A stretch of 63,867 bases of DNA, filler included, from Choristocarpus tenellus KU-1152 (GCA_964200185.2; 10 parts of 10 records of this genome joined end to end with filler, not necessarily neighbours in it); one strand, 5' to 3'. Shown: positions 12,001 through 23,951, counted from the first letter of the whole stretch. Numbers and translations: made by a program. The notes: generated by a model from the sequence alone, not told the origin.

Positions 12001-15000
12001 TATACATTTTACCTACTCTGGAACATTTCGGAGTAGGAAAATTTAATAATAAACCCGTGGTAAGCCAAGCCCCAAACGGACAAACAGGGCAAAACTCATA
12101 CCCTAACCCTAAGATACTTTCACTCAAAAGTGGATCCATGCAGCCATTTGGGGTGTAAGGCGTCTCCTTGTCTCCATAGACCTAGACGAAGAAAAATCGA
12201 AGAAACGACAGTTACTACTGTCAGACAGCTCTCACAAACAGCAAGACTTTGCTAAAGTGTAAAAGTATCTTAATTACCCCAGTCCCCCTCAAACCAATCG
12301 AATTATTCCCTTCTACTCTCTTCCCCTCCGCTCTCTCCCCCCTTTTGGCTAATTTCTAAAAACCAACGGCTACTGTATATGTTCGAACAACACTCCAAGA
12401 TAGCATACTTCTCATCCCAGGGACCTACAGCAGGCGACAGTAGGATCAAACCAGATATTGTGGCACCAGGGTATCACCTTTTCTCTGCTCAGGTGATATG
12501 TGGCCAAGGGGAATAGGGGGCTTCAAGGTAGAGAGGAGCGGCATCCCATTATCCTTGGAGAAGTAGGGGTGAAAAGGCAGTGAGAAAACCTGTTGATCAC
12601 TATGGCACCACAACCCGTACGTGTGCACCAACCCTTTCCAACAGATACCATCTTGAACACTACTACAGTTGAAGGTATTGTTTTTGTTGGGAAGTAGTCA
12701 AAGGGTTAGGGTGAGGGGTAGGTAGAGGTGGCATAGGACCCAATTCTCATCACCATATTGTAGTTCCCTACTCTTTTTCTCGCTTGTGTCTTTGTCTGGA
12801 TCACACATCCCATACGATATGCAAACTGCTGCTGCTTACTCGCCCTCTGAGAGAATATCCTCCTTATTATTACCCAAGTCCTTCATTGCCAGGGTGTAAT
12901 GCACTCTAAGCCAAACAAAGTATCTCAGAGGGTACAGTCACGTCCATTTGGGGGTCAAAATCCGATGTTGAGGTTTGACGTAATTTTGACCATCGTGTTT
13001 GTTACGAAGCATCAATATCCATATTCCGCACACACCTTTTCGTAACGTATACATTTTATCTACTCCGAAACACTTTGGAGAGGGAAAATGTCATAAAAGA
13101 ACCCATGGCAAGCAATGCCCCAAATGGGCAAACAGGGCAAAACTCGTACCCTCTAAGATACTTTCACTCTCTTGTTGCCCAGGAGGCTCACAATTGTACC
13201 TCCCAACTAAGTGGGCTCGTTGTATTCGAGTCTAATTTTCCGCCCCACACATCCTCCACCCAACCCCACCCCCCTCGTGCAACACATATGACCCCTTTCA
13301 TCATGACTATACGTTTAGGCCAACCCAAACAATGGAGCAACCTGCAGCATTGGGGCCATGGCCGGGACAAGCATGGCAACACCGGTTGCAGCAGGTGCTG
13401 CAGCTCTTATCCGCCAGTTCTTTCTACAAGGGTGGTACCCAAATGGATTCCCCAATCCGTCAGATATCTATAACCCTTCCAATGCTCTAGTGAAGGCCAT
13501 GCTCGTGGCGTCTGCTACAGGAATGGAATCTTACAACGGGAGGGAGACCACTGTGGTGAGCAACCAGGCTAGTTTTTGGCAAACCGTTGAAATAGCTGCA
13601 AGTAGTTGAGATGTTAGTCTACCAGCTGTCCCACATGGAATTGTGTGTGAATGGGTCGAGAAGAAGAGTGCGGCTGGCTGTAAAGGGCATCATCAAAGTA
13701 ACATTGTGAATAGTTTTGTGTTTAGATTACATGTTCATGGTAAGGATTGGTGCTATAATTGGGTGCAAGTTCGAGTAAGGATGTCCAAACCTTCGATGGC
13801 ATGTGCAATATTAGACCTAGCATGGAATGGAACAATATGAGACTATCATGTTTATTGGTCTCCAATTTTGTGAGTGCTCTGCACGTTGTTGTATTGCCTT
13901 CTTCTACTATATTAAAGGTTATACCCAAGGGGAGTCACTGTTCCTGGTAGTCATTTAAATACCTTGTCAGAAGGAGGATGTTTAGGTCTCATACTACCAT
14001 TTTCCCAGTGCAAACCCAAAACTGCTGAGGTTATTCCAGGCTCAAAGTTGTCTGCATCATGGCAACACTCAAATTACAGGAGCTTTGATTCTGTAGGCGG
14101 TGTGTCATTCCTACTGAAGGTGTATCAGCTCTTGATCATATAGTGAGGGAACATTCATAGGATAGGCCTAGTCAAATGCATGGAGTCGCTTCACAGTAGT
14201 TCTTCAATCAAATTTATCCAAAGAAAATTGACACACTTAACACATATGCATTTGAGCGGTTTTGCCTCTCTCCACTTAAAGTAGTAGTGTTCACTAAACC
14301 CAAATGTAAACGATAGTGTTTAGTAAAATAGGATAAGTGACAGGTTTGGGCTAGACTTGGGTTATATTTCTTGGTGTTGGTGTTTGAGTTAGTGTAGATT
14401 GTATCAACAGAAGTAGAATAGTTTGGGTTGGGAAAAGAGAATGATGGGTCAAAGTATCTGGGGGGGGGGTGGTGGTTGTCCATTTGGGGACAATTTTTTC
14501 ATGCCGAGATTTTTGGGTGATTTGGTTGCATACGTTGGATGGATATTGAAAGTGCACTTTTCCTGGTTTTGGTCCAAATGGACACTCTGGTGTAGATCCC
14601 CCCCTCCCCAGATACTTTGGGTCTGATGAATTAAAAGCATTGCTTGAACTTGCACTCCTCACTTTCTGCAGCGCAGAAGGTGATAGAAAGCCCGCTTTAT
14701 CCACCCCCTAAGCTCCTTGGATCATGCTGGCTCTCGAAGGTCCATACACCAAAACAAGACATGTAGATGTGTACAAACACCCAATACAATGGTGCCCTCT
14801 TGGTATCAACTTCAGAGTACTATAGTCTTCACATAACCACTACTATGCATGGGATATCTCCATATGCACATGTTCCTCAACACACACAACAAGTAAGAAA
14901 CACACCACATGTGCACATCACTAACTTGTGTATATACGAAAAAAGCCTCTAGGAAGTCCACCTGACGGGTACCAGGGCTTTGGGCGCATCCTCCTCGACA

Positions 15001-16945
15001 CTGTCCTCAACCTACATGGTTCTGTTGACCTGTATGTAGAAGATAGGGTTGAGATCACTCACAGTCAGGTTCACACATACCATGTTATCACAGACGGTGT
15101 TTCCTCCTCGGACTACAATGGAGACATTAAGGCAAGTCCCAGTGGAGGGGGAGGAGGGCAGGAATTCTGACCCTGTATGGGGAATTTTGAAAATAGTTAG
15201 TGGGTTACAACATGGATAATATTACAACCATTACATTGGGGAAGGGATCATTGCACGGTGGTACATCCCATAAACTCAATGTAAGACTGAGGTCATTCTA
15301 TTGGTGTTGCTGTAAGTCTTTACCCTGTGTCCCCTACATGATAACATTGGAGCAAATCTAGAGGAGGAGATGATGGCAAACGGAAACCAGATGTGAGTCC
15401 TCTGCACTCACTTCCGTGACCACCTTTACCTCAACAGGGGGTTTGTTATTATGCAAGGTGTGGTGTATTTGCAATTGTTTTACGAAAACAGGTGTGCCTT
15501 AAAAAGAAGATAGGGATTGCATAGAACTGTGAAGTGCCTTAAGCATGTGTTTACATACCGAACGGATGAGTCATCTTGTATGATCCAGGACAGTAGTTCC
15601 TCTGTACATGATGACGAAATGAAGGTGACACTACATATGCAGAGTAGTTTCAAGGATAACCTGAGTACCTTTGTACTGAGTCACTCTTGAGCGTACCTCT
15701 TGATACAACAGGTCTAGAACGGGGACTGTGAAGTCCTCCCTGTGGGGTTGCAGAGGGTATAAGACCAAATCCAAATTCTTATTTTTTTCGTTTTGTTTTG
15801 CACCAGGTTTGGATCTAGTTTTCCGCCATTTGCTCCCCGTACCATTGAACACCGGAAGTAAAACTCGAAAATTGGTTCACATCTCTTCCCTGTGAGGCTC
15901 ACCCTTTCCTCTCCCCTCTCTACCCTTCACCTCCCCGTCAATACCAGTAACAACTCTATGGTAATATCCAAATATATCCTCAACACTTAGTGCATGCCTT
16001 GGCATTGGACACAGGTAACAATGGTGTGGATGGAAGTGGCAGCATACTCTGCTTCTGTCTCACCTGTCTTCAATGATCTTGACCTGGAGGTGATTGCCTT
16101 TGATGGCTCGACCTATACCAGTTTCTACCCCAATGGCCTGTCAGGAAAGGACTACGACAATACTGTTGAGAAAGTCGTCATACCTGCGGCAGACTCCTAT
16201 GTTTCACTCAATGTGAGCACGATGGGGTATCAGTCTTCAGGACAAGGGGATCGAAGTATTGTGTTTTTGTTGGGGAAGCTAATTGATGAGACATACATAA
16301 CATAAGAATTTGAGATGATGTTGTGGTGGTGTATGATCAGGAGGGTGGCTGATGGAGACTCTCTGACAAAAGTTTCCACTCACTTGACATGCACCTGATG
16401 CATATCGAGCTGCAGATGTGACACAGAAGAACCTTCCCCAGCAAATGGCGACACTCTATCGTACCAAACAATACCAAGGCTTGCATCAAGGCTATGGGAT
16501 GGAACAGCTTATCCCATTGGATGGCAATCCTGTCCCTGAATAATTCCAAGCCTTACAAGAAAAATGGGATAGATGACTCAAGATATTAAAAAAATTCCGT
16601 CTCTTTTCCAACGTTTCTTCTGCAACAATTTCCTATTTTTTTATAGATACCGTCCTACCTGGCCAAGCAATCCACATGAAGTACAATGATCAGCATCGGT
16701 GTTAGACATCTACATGTAGTACTACTGGTGCAATATTGATGCCATAGAGTACAGTATATTGCAGGATCTTCCCTGCTGCAACTAAGTTAATCAAGTCAGC
16801 TCATGTAGTCCTCCTCCTCTAATGCTTTGACAGAACTGGGGACCCAGAGAAATTACATCACTCAGAATCCTTCTGCCTCCAACCAATACCTCCACATCCC
16901 TATCTTAACAAAACATCACTTGCCCACCCCTCCCCCCCCCCCCCG

Positions 16946-16979
<34 letters not shown>

Positions 16980-19900
16980 TTTACCATCTCCTGGATTATG
17001 ACAGGTGACTGTGTCAGGGACATACGTGACTACTACCAGACCACCCTACTACGCTCTGGTGGTAGAAGGGGGTCAAGTGGCATCAAACTCGTCATCCTCA
17101 TCAAGCCAAGACAAGGAATGGTGATTTTAAAATCCCATAATGATTTTTTGTAATCACTACGCTTTGGTTTTTTCTTTCATCACCAACATTCATCATAGCC
17201 ATCACCAACATGCAGACATACCCCTCTCCTCTGTTCTGCATTCTTGAGGAAACATTTGCTGGTGTACATCTACAGCAATACCACAGAAAGGTTCAGTATA
17301 CAGAGAAAGGCCAGTTGTGTTTGTTACTTCATTTCAGAGAAGTAACTCCAGAGCACTGTGGCGTGGGGAATTGTGTTCTATGCTGCCAAGGTCAATTTTC
17401 TTGTATTCCCAACATTTGTAGATATCTTACAAGTTCTATGTCAGAAGGTAGTGTCCATCTCAGCCCTTGCTGGCAGACCTTTAGCGGTTGTTCCACACCC
17501 TGATTGTATAAGCCTGTTCAAGTTAAGTTAGTATCATGTGAGAATTCCACCGACAATAGCACGGTCGACTAGTTCCATCCTCCTCAGGACATGAAACTGT
17601 CATTGGCATGTGGAGTGCACGAAAATCTCTTGCTATCTCCCACTTGGATGCTGAGCCGTATTCAAGCTGCTGAGTCCAACATATCTCCACTGCTGAGCGG
17701 CTCAAAGTATCTGGGGTGGGTGGCGGCTGTCCATTTGGGGCCGATTATTTTATGTCTCGATTTTTGGGTGATTTGGTTCCATACGTTGGATGGATTATGA
17801 AAGTGCACTTTTCCTGGTTTTGGTTCAAATGGACACTCCCCCCTCCCCCAGATACTTTGGGTCAGCCCCTTTTTTGGCATGAACAATCTAGGGGAACCAC
17901 AATTGCTCAGCATCATTTGGAGCGGAAGGGAGGAGTTTAAACAGTAGTATGTTGCAGAGGACAAGTTTTAATTGGAGCTATCCTATATTAAACGAGAGTG
18001 TCGTGGAATATTTGGGGCCCTGGGAGCTACCTTCTGGTAGGCGTGCTTCTAGCGCTTTGGAGAACGATTTTGCGCGTACGTGGACGATCATTCGCCTCCT
18101 CTTCTACACCCACAATCTTCATAAAATAGAGTTGGCTGCATTTCATACATGGGAAATGGGGTGTCAGAAGGAACACACCAAAAGTCCTAGATCCTCAAAA
18201 AGGCATAAATAAACCTCCTCTTTGATAATATGGTTCATACTTAGATTAAAGGTGCTTATAGTACCATCAGGACTCTGTATGTCCATCCATTAAAATAGTG
18301 TGGCCTGGAAATTTGTAGAACATTCACTCAATTTTATTATTTAGTACTTTGTCACCCATGTGATCCTACGAGAAGTGACATAAACAGTGGTTGGTTTTGG
18401 TCGGCGGTACTATATGATAAACCAAGAAATCGTTGCTGAAATATTGCATATACAATAAACAGTCGATGAATTGCTTCATAATGACAGTTCTTAGGGAGTG
18501 GAAATCCATCAGAGTGAAAGTATCTTAGAGGGTATGGGTTTTGCCCTGTTTGTCCATTTGGGGCTTGGCTTCCTTCGTTTTTTTTATGACATTTTCCGAC
18601 TCTAAAATATTTCGGAGTAGGTAAACTGTATACGTTATGAAAAGGTGTGTCCGCAACAAGGATATTGACACTTCCTAACAAACACGATAGCCAAAATTAC
18701 ATCAAAATAACAAATTTAGATTTTGGCCCCAAAGTGGACGCGGCTCTACCCTCTAACATACTTTGGCTCATCACCCAAAAAACACCCCAACTTTCTACTA
18801 CTGTTCACCGTTATACAGGCACATGCACATGACAGCGACATGCATATGTAGTAGGATGTTTCATCCGCTGTTGTTCACTCTCCCCTTCATCGAGGCATTT
18901 CAATATAATATTCAAGTACTTCAGCTCATCTCATGAATCCATGCTCCCTTCTTTGTCAGGTTTGTCCGGTGGAAAATGGTAATTACAGGTATTCCAGTGG
19001 CTGAAGCAGCTACAGCAAACTTTGAGCTGGGTCTCTCCAGGGCTATCTCCTCAAGAACAGGGAGCTACACTAATGATGATTCCACTGTGGTGGTGAGAAG
19101 AACTTAGTGCATAGAATCTTCCCCTCCTCTTTCTGATCTTGTTTCTAGGTGATATACCCCTGCCCCCATTGACTAAAGAGGGCTTTAGGTCCTTGTTAAG
19201 GGCTCCGTCTGACTGATTGCCACTCTGTATAAAATCAAGAATTCCTCGAGGCACTTTGAAGGTAAGATCACGCTACAGGTCAGACCATCTTATGTCGTCT
19301 AGTAGAGATTTGGAAGCTCCTATTGAGCTAAAGAGCTGTGAAGGGTTTCTCAACCGGTAAGAATTTCTTTTATAGTATTACACTAATCTCGATTCAGTTT
19401 GTCATATGTCAATGACAGGCAGCACAGCAAATGGTGTTTGTAGTTCATTATCCTCCTGTCATAGTAGCACTCACAGTGTGAGAGGAATGCACTTATTAGT
19501 GTGCCGTGAGACTTTGCAGGATTAATAGCATATGGCAGATAATCTCAAATGGTGAATCAGCACGGAAGGTTTCACATACACTACATTATTGCCCCAACTG
19601 CAATGACAGTGACACAATCCAACGAAGCAGCGCTCTGTCAAGACAAATATGCTCTGTGTCAGAACCGTACCTGTCTCCAGAAAAATGTTTGTGATCAAAA
19701 GATTATATCTGTACTCGGAGGAGTGTGTATATTTGTTTATGAAACACACATTTTTCTTTTTGGTTACACTTGTACAAACTACACCAGTTATCTATTCCCG
19801 TGGCAGTTCTGCCCTTTACTACAATGGTGAATGCATCTTCTTAAGGAGAAGGCATGTGGTTCTGTTACAGGCGAGTATCACGAGCGTTTCTTTCCGCGTG

Positions 19901-21188
19901 CCAACATGCGTGAACAGTATTCATATGTAAGAATTCGTACAAGAGGAACGTTGATTTGGTAAGAGACGCAGAGTCAGATTTGAGATGCATACATTACCTC
20001 ACAGGATAGACGTTAATCCCTTGGATGTTGCAGAAAATTGATGTAATTTGAGTACATAGACAACAGCTTGCAGATGTCTTTTGACTTATAGTCTGAAGAG
20101 GTCGGGCGAATGATGATAATATATGAGAAGGACTTTTGGATTAGATGCTCCCTTACCTCTTCATCAGTCTTCATTTTGAATTAAATATTGAATCAAGCTT
20201 TGAGCTACGCATTGAGTGGAGTATTGAGAGAAGGCTGTCTGACGACCAAGAAACTGGTTTTAAAAGCAACACCTCTATAGTGTCGTTCTAAGGTCGTTGG
20301 ATTTGAGCTGTACATCCTGTGGAGGTGAGTTCTGGGGCACGCTATAACAGTTCCTGACTTGGACAATTCAGTGGCAATAACCTTTGTAGCTAAATCTGAG
20401 CTTCCACTACACTCGCGGAACCTCTTTTGCAGGTGAAAATTGACCGTACAGCCAGTACCACGTCCTCCTCCTCCTCCTCCTCCTCCACATCCACCTTTGA
20501 AGCAAGTACAGTGACAGTCGAGATCTCTGTGCCTTCAGAATCAGACGGCTTTGCAGTGATGACTTACATTCTCTCCATCTCAGAAGGAGACCAGGACGAG
20601 CTGGATGATCCCGTGACTGCTGAAGCCTCTATGGCCGGTGCACTTGCCCTCAAGGAAGAGCTGAATGATGTTCTGTTGGGGCTACGAACAAACGGATGTG
20701 TTTGTGTGGCACCAGGGGCAGCGACCAACGACGACAGCATTTCAACTGTCTATGACTGTGGTGGTTGTGAAGATGGGACTATGTTCTCAGAAGTGCAGAA
20801 GGTGTCGACTGATACAGGGGCATTCGACCTCTACTCCTCTGTCTCGTCTCCATCGGCTTTAGATTCCCTACCAATCAGCAATGGTAGGGACGGCGGCGTA
20901 AGAGAGGCTGTGTTGGTGTTGTTGAGAGCTGGGACCTACCTTCATGCTCTGGTCACTGTTGCAGCAATTGTAGGGTGCACAGCTTCCTTTGGCCTGTGTT
21001 TGAGGTACTGTACCTTTAGCGGTAGATGTGGTAGACGTGGTAGATGTGGCAATACCGGTGGCGATGATAAGGACATACCTGGGAGTACTGCAAGGGACTG
21101 GGGGTTGACCAGCAGCACAGCAAGGATGGATGTTCGAGAATACACTGGAGTCAAACAATCCAACTCCACCATTTGTCAACGAGGTTGA
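5864..21188 (+). CDS. Multi-exon subtilisin-like serine protease (S8, KP-43 type) with putative signal peptide, long prodomain, C-terminal beta domain, Ser-rich linker and transmembrane anchor; 13 exons, ~1,235 aa
   Basis: Catalytic Asp in IVAVADSGLD, His in DGHGTHVSGTVAG, Ser in AGTSMATP; ISTNSWG; oxyanion AAGN; FSSQGPT...RIKPDIVAPG; QGFGRI; KVTMVW; NDLDLEV; NTVEKV; YALVV. All exons join in frame at GT/GC-AG sites. Confidence 0.9.
6229..7398 (+). CDS. S8 protease exon 2 (prodomain and start of mature domain)
   Basis: Acceptor TAG ends at 6228; 390 open codons ending ...PVWDEDIQGQTE; donor GAG|GTGTGA. Confidence 0.85.
7536..7883. mobile_element. Stowaway-like MITE with ~90-bp TIRs (protease intron 2)
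   Basis: ctctctctgtcccttaagtctgttcc...ggattcct (7536-7625) is the inverted copy of aggaatcc...ggaacagacttatgggacagggggag (7795-7883). Right flank TA, left flank TG. Confidence 0.85.
7983..8164. mobile_element. MITE family A copy
   Basis: caaagtatctggggg...cccccagatactttg TIRs; 3-bp TSD tgc. Confidence 0.9.
8229..8489. mobile_element. MITE family B copy
   Basis: gagtgaaagtatcttagagggta...taccctctaagatactttgact TIRs; flanks tct/tct. Confidence 0.9.
8919..9038 (+). CDS. S8 protease exon 3 (catalytic Asp)
   Basis: CAG|IVAVADSGLDRNSCYF...TKRK|GTAGCT. Confidence 0.92.
9322..9489. mobile_element. MITE family A copy, left TIR lost
   Basis: Family A internal sequence; ends gatactttgagcc. Confidence 0.85.
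9816..9938 (+). CDS. S8 protease exon 4 (catalytic His)
   Basis: CACAG|VVQYVGYVDCEDYQDGHGTHVSGTVAG...GDG|GTGAAT. Confidence 0.92.
10598..10783. mobile_element. MITE family A copy
   Basis: ggcccaaactatctggg...ccagatactttgaacc; TSD ttt. Confidence 0.9.
10911..10988 (+). CDS. S8 protease exon 5
   Basis: CTCCAG|VGFHSKIAIFDFGNSKGELTTPSNIK|GTTAGT. Confidence 0.85.
11409..11714 (+). CDS. S8 protease exon 6 (NSWG, oxyanion Asn); exon starts at 11409 or 11415
   Basis: GARISTNSWG...ILVAAGN...SPALAKNVVGVGAS...NE|GTAAGG. Confidence 0.92.
11864..12125. mobile_element. MITE family B copy
   Basis: gagtcaaagtatcttag...ctaagatactttcactc; TSD aaa. Confidence 0.9.
12400..12492 (+). CDS. S8 protease exon 7
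   Basis: AAG|IAYFSSQGPTAGDSRIKPDIVAPGYHLFSAQ|GTGATA. Confidence 0.92.
12912..13169. mobile_element. MITE family B copy
   Basis: caaagtatctcagagggtac...gtaccctctaagatactttcactc. Confidence 0.88.
13319..13555 (+). CDS. S8 protease exon 8 (catalytic Ser)
   Basis: TTAG|ANPNNGATCSIGAMAGTSMATPVAAGAAALIRQFF...PSNALVKAMLV...TV|GTGAGC. Confidence 0.92.
14446..14623. mobile_element. MITE family A copy
   Basis: gggtcaaagtatctggg...cccagatactttgggtc; 4-bp TSD tgat. Confidence 0.92.
14946..15131 (+). CDS. S8 protease exon 9 (ends at a GC donor)
   Basis: AAG|PLGSPPDGYQGFGRILLDTVL...GDIK|GCAAGT. Confidence 0.82.
16015..16212 (+). CDS. S8 protease exon 10 (KP-43-type C-terminal beta domain)
   Basis: ACAG|VTMVWME...NDLDLEV...NTVEKVVI...LN|GTGAGC. 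Confidence 0.9.
17005..17120 (+). CDS. S8 protease exon 11
   Basis: ACAG|VTVSGTYVTTTRPPYYALVVEGG...KE-tg|GTGATT (phase 2). Read-through would stop at 17124. Confidence 0.82.
17699..17863. mobile_element. MITE family A copy
   Basis: ggctcaaagtatctgg...ccagatactttgggtc; TSD agc. Confidence 0.9.
18512..18769. mobile_element. MITE family B copy
   Basis: gagtgaaagtatcttagagggta...taccctctaacatactttggctc; 4-bp TSD atca. Confidence 0.92.
18960..19092 (+). CDS. S8 protease exon 12 (putative)
   Basis: CTTTGTCAG|g-FVRWKMVITGIPVAEAATANFELGLSRAISSRTG...VV|GTGAGA; phases 2 and 0 match both neighbouring exons. Confidence 0.65.
19863..20349 (+). mobile_element. Solo LTR (family LTR-Q) in protease intron 12
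   Basis: TGTTA...TAACA termini, 4-bp TSD gttc, homologous to the LTR at 58380-58831. Confidence 0.85.
20433..21188 (+). CDS. S8 protease terminal exon 13 (Ser-rich linker, Cys cluster, TM helix, short tail)
   Basis: CTTTTGCAG|VKIDRTASTTSSSS...; hydrophobic ALVTVAAIVGCTASFGLCL followed by basic RYC..GRCGRRGR; TGA ends at 21188. Confidence 0.7.
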   Translation: MKIDRTASTTSSSSSSSSTSTFEASTVTVEISVPSESDGFAVMTYILSISEGDQDELDDPVTAEASMAGALALKEELNDVLLGLRTNGCVCVAPGAATNDDSISTVYDCGGCEDGTMFSEVQKVSTDTGAFDLYSSVSSPSALDSLPISNGRDGGVREAVLVLLRAGTYLHALVTVAAIVGCTASFGLCLRYCTFSGRCGRRGRCGNTGGDDKDIPGSTARDWGLTSSTARMDVREYTGVKQSNSTICQRG

Positions 21189-21984
21189 TCAGAACAGCGG
21201 AGGAGGCAAAGCAACAGTGATGATGAGGGTTGGAGAGGAAGGAGCATAGGAGGGGGCATAAACGCCTTGACAACACCTGAAAATACACCAATGCCAGGTA
21301 TAGTAGAGGGGGAGGGAAGTGAGGGGGCATCAAGGACTGCAAGTCATTTTAGGTCTCAGACTCCAAGTCCAGTGACAAGAAGTGCCGATCGCTCATTACT
21401 ATTAACTGAAAGAGCAGCACTATCTCCGAAACTCCTAGTTTAGGTCCCATGGACATTTTGAAATACAGGCATAAGGGTGTTGAAAGGAGTCTGTACAGAG
21501 AACCACTGCAAACACATTGTACTGAGGCAAGGGATGGGTGGGAGGGAGGTCCAAGGGCAAGATGAGAAATGATGGAGATCTCAAAAGGAAGGCACCCACA
21601 CAAAAACATGTCCTCTGTTTTTGATCGTCCTTAGTACACAGCAATGTATCGTATTAGAACTGGTTTACTGCAGTATTCCCACCCGAATCTTCTGCATGTA
21701 GAGATATCTACTGGGCAAAGGGTGATAGAACTTTTGCAACGAAGGCCAGGAGACAATTGAAAGAGTGACGGGGCAGGGAAATCCAACATTACATTTTCCA
21801 ATGTGACAAACACTATTCTATCAATCTAAACGTAAGTAATAACAGCAACCAACCTAGAACTCTCCACCACTCCAACTTGGCACAGCTCTCTCTAGTATTT
21901 ACTAAAGACGACCACCACAAATTCCATACACCAGGCTAGTGCACGGTTTGACAGGATAAAGAGCTCCAGGGGTAGAATGAGCTT

Positions 21985-22205
21985 GGTTGGGACTTGGCTT
22001 CCCACGTTTTTTTTTCATTTTCCTACTCCGAAATGTTCAGAATAGATCAAATGTATACGTTTTGGGGTAGGTACGAAAAATTGTGTCCAGAAAAAGGATA
22101 TTGACACCCCCTAACAAACACAGTAGCCAAAATGACGTCAAAATCGCAACATTGGGTTTTGACCCCCAAACGGACGCGACTCTACCCTCTAAGATACTTT
22201 GACTC
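21985..22205. mobile_element. MITE family B copy, left-truncated
   Basis: Family B internal sequence; ends taccctctaagatactttgactc. Confidence 0.85.
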
Positions 22206-23682
22206 ACTACAGTGAACATTGCAGTGGTCCTACTACTTCGATGCTAGCTGTTGACTCTAGGTGATGGCGATATCAATGAGAGTGGTACACCCTGAACTAT
22301 TAACATTAAGAGTCTTGTTTTACCTAGTACAACTCTTCCAATGTATCGTCTAGTCAACATGCTGGCGTCATCTGGGAAAAAGCAAGAATATGACCAAAAC
22401 CTATCCCAGATTGAGGCTTGCATAATTACTAGAGACCTACCTACCTATCCATGATTCCCGTTTTGTGTATTTTTTTAAAAAGCCCAAAACTCAAATAAAA
22501 CTTTACAAAAAGCATCCGATACTTGGAGCGAATTTTGGCTAATTTAATTGCCGAATAAAAATACCGAAGATGCTTGAGAATATTTCTATGTTCAAGTTTA
22601 GATGTCTCTATCCATGCAAATGAAAGGTAAGTAAGTGCAATAACATACATCTTCATATTGAGTCAAGGTGTAACCGAGAGGTTTGTGCGTTTGGTCGTTT
22701 TGATTTTCAAGGGTCTTTTTCAACTTCGCTTTTAGAAGATGAAGATATTTGGAAAAGGACGTTGGTAAGTATATATTAACCTATCTGCGAACTAAATGTA
22801 ACCACAAAACGACCAAAATGCACTCCGCAGCTGTGACTGAGCCTCCAAACACATGTGCCACCAGAAAGAGCTGGGCCCTTAAAACTCAGTAGTACTCCCC
22901 TCTCGGATATTTTCAATAACTTTGAAGTGTGGGTGCACATATCAGGCATCCCTGAAATATGGTTTACGTGTGACTGAGTATATCATGTGTTAGTCCCAAA
23001 ATGATTTCTGTCATGTGCAAGTCCCATTTCACTAAGGGGCCAAGCAACGCAGCCTTTTTGGTCGATATCACTCGGCAAATACTGATACACATTTTACGCA
23101 CCAAGTGGAAAGAAAATATCAAACGCAGCCCATGCATGGCAAACACACAATGCACAACAACTCTTGATGAACAGTGAGGACTAAATTGGCTACACAAAGA
23201 AAGTCCACGGTCAGTCAAGGCGGTACGAAAAACTGGAGCTAAAAAAAATTCCTCAAAGAAGAGAAAGGGGGATAAGGCGAACACCAATGGTCCAAAGACC
23301 AATCAATGGGGATCACAGAAAGGAGTATGTCAATCATGAGCATATAGCCCAGGTTTGTTCTCACACTACTAGCAACTGCCCCCTGCGAAAAATAACGAAT
23401 CCACTCTCTTTTTGAAGTGCTTGGTATCCCACGCACCTAACCTGTTGACCTTCCCTACAGTCCCTCAAATCGTCTCAAAAAGAACAAGATATCTCCAAAC
23501 GCCTTCCCTAAACCCGGACACAAAATAAAACAACCAAAGTAGTATTATTAGTATCGACGTTAAGAGACAAGTACTAATACGACCACGACAGAGGAGAAAG
23601 AGTTAAGCGAAATTTAGACAAAAATGATTGCGCATAAAACTTACTACCATTTGGACTATTAGTGGGTATGGAAGTCCTTTCC

Positions 23683-23951
23683 AACCCAAGGTAAACGAAA
23701 GGTACGCACATTTAGCTACATTTTATGAATATTGACAAATAAATGTGTACAATTTTTGGTCTTTTCTACGAATGCATACTGAAACTTTTCTGAAATTTGT
23801 CGAAAAGTTTCAAACAACAGAAAAATTAACGCTCTCAAGTCAAAGGTAGCATTTCATGGATAGAAATATTTGTCAATTGGAAATGGTTGAAAAAGCTGTC
23901 CGAACATGCAAGACCACAAAAACGTGGGTACCTTCTCGTTTACATTGACAT
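23683..23951. mobile_element. AT-rich TIR element (family D); related diverged copies at ~22660-22830 and ~24240-24508
   Basis: caaggtaaacgaaaggtacgcacattt ... aaacgtgggtaccttctcgtttacattg imperfect TIR; similar ends gagtcaaggt (22660) and taccttgcctc (ending 24508). Confidence 0.6.

Noticed and set aside
16827-17153. Poly-proline ORF
   Set aside because: It derives from an intronic poly-C run; the real exon 11 is in another frame.
7983-18769. CRISPR-like or introner interpretation of the recurring palindromic repeats
   Set aside because: The copies are dispersed with TIRs and TSDs rather than regularly spaced, there are no cas genes, and the elements lie inside introns instead of forming their splice boundaries.
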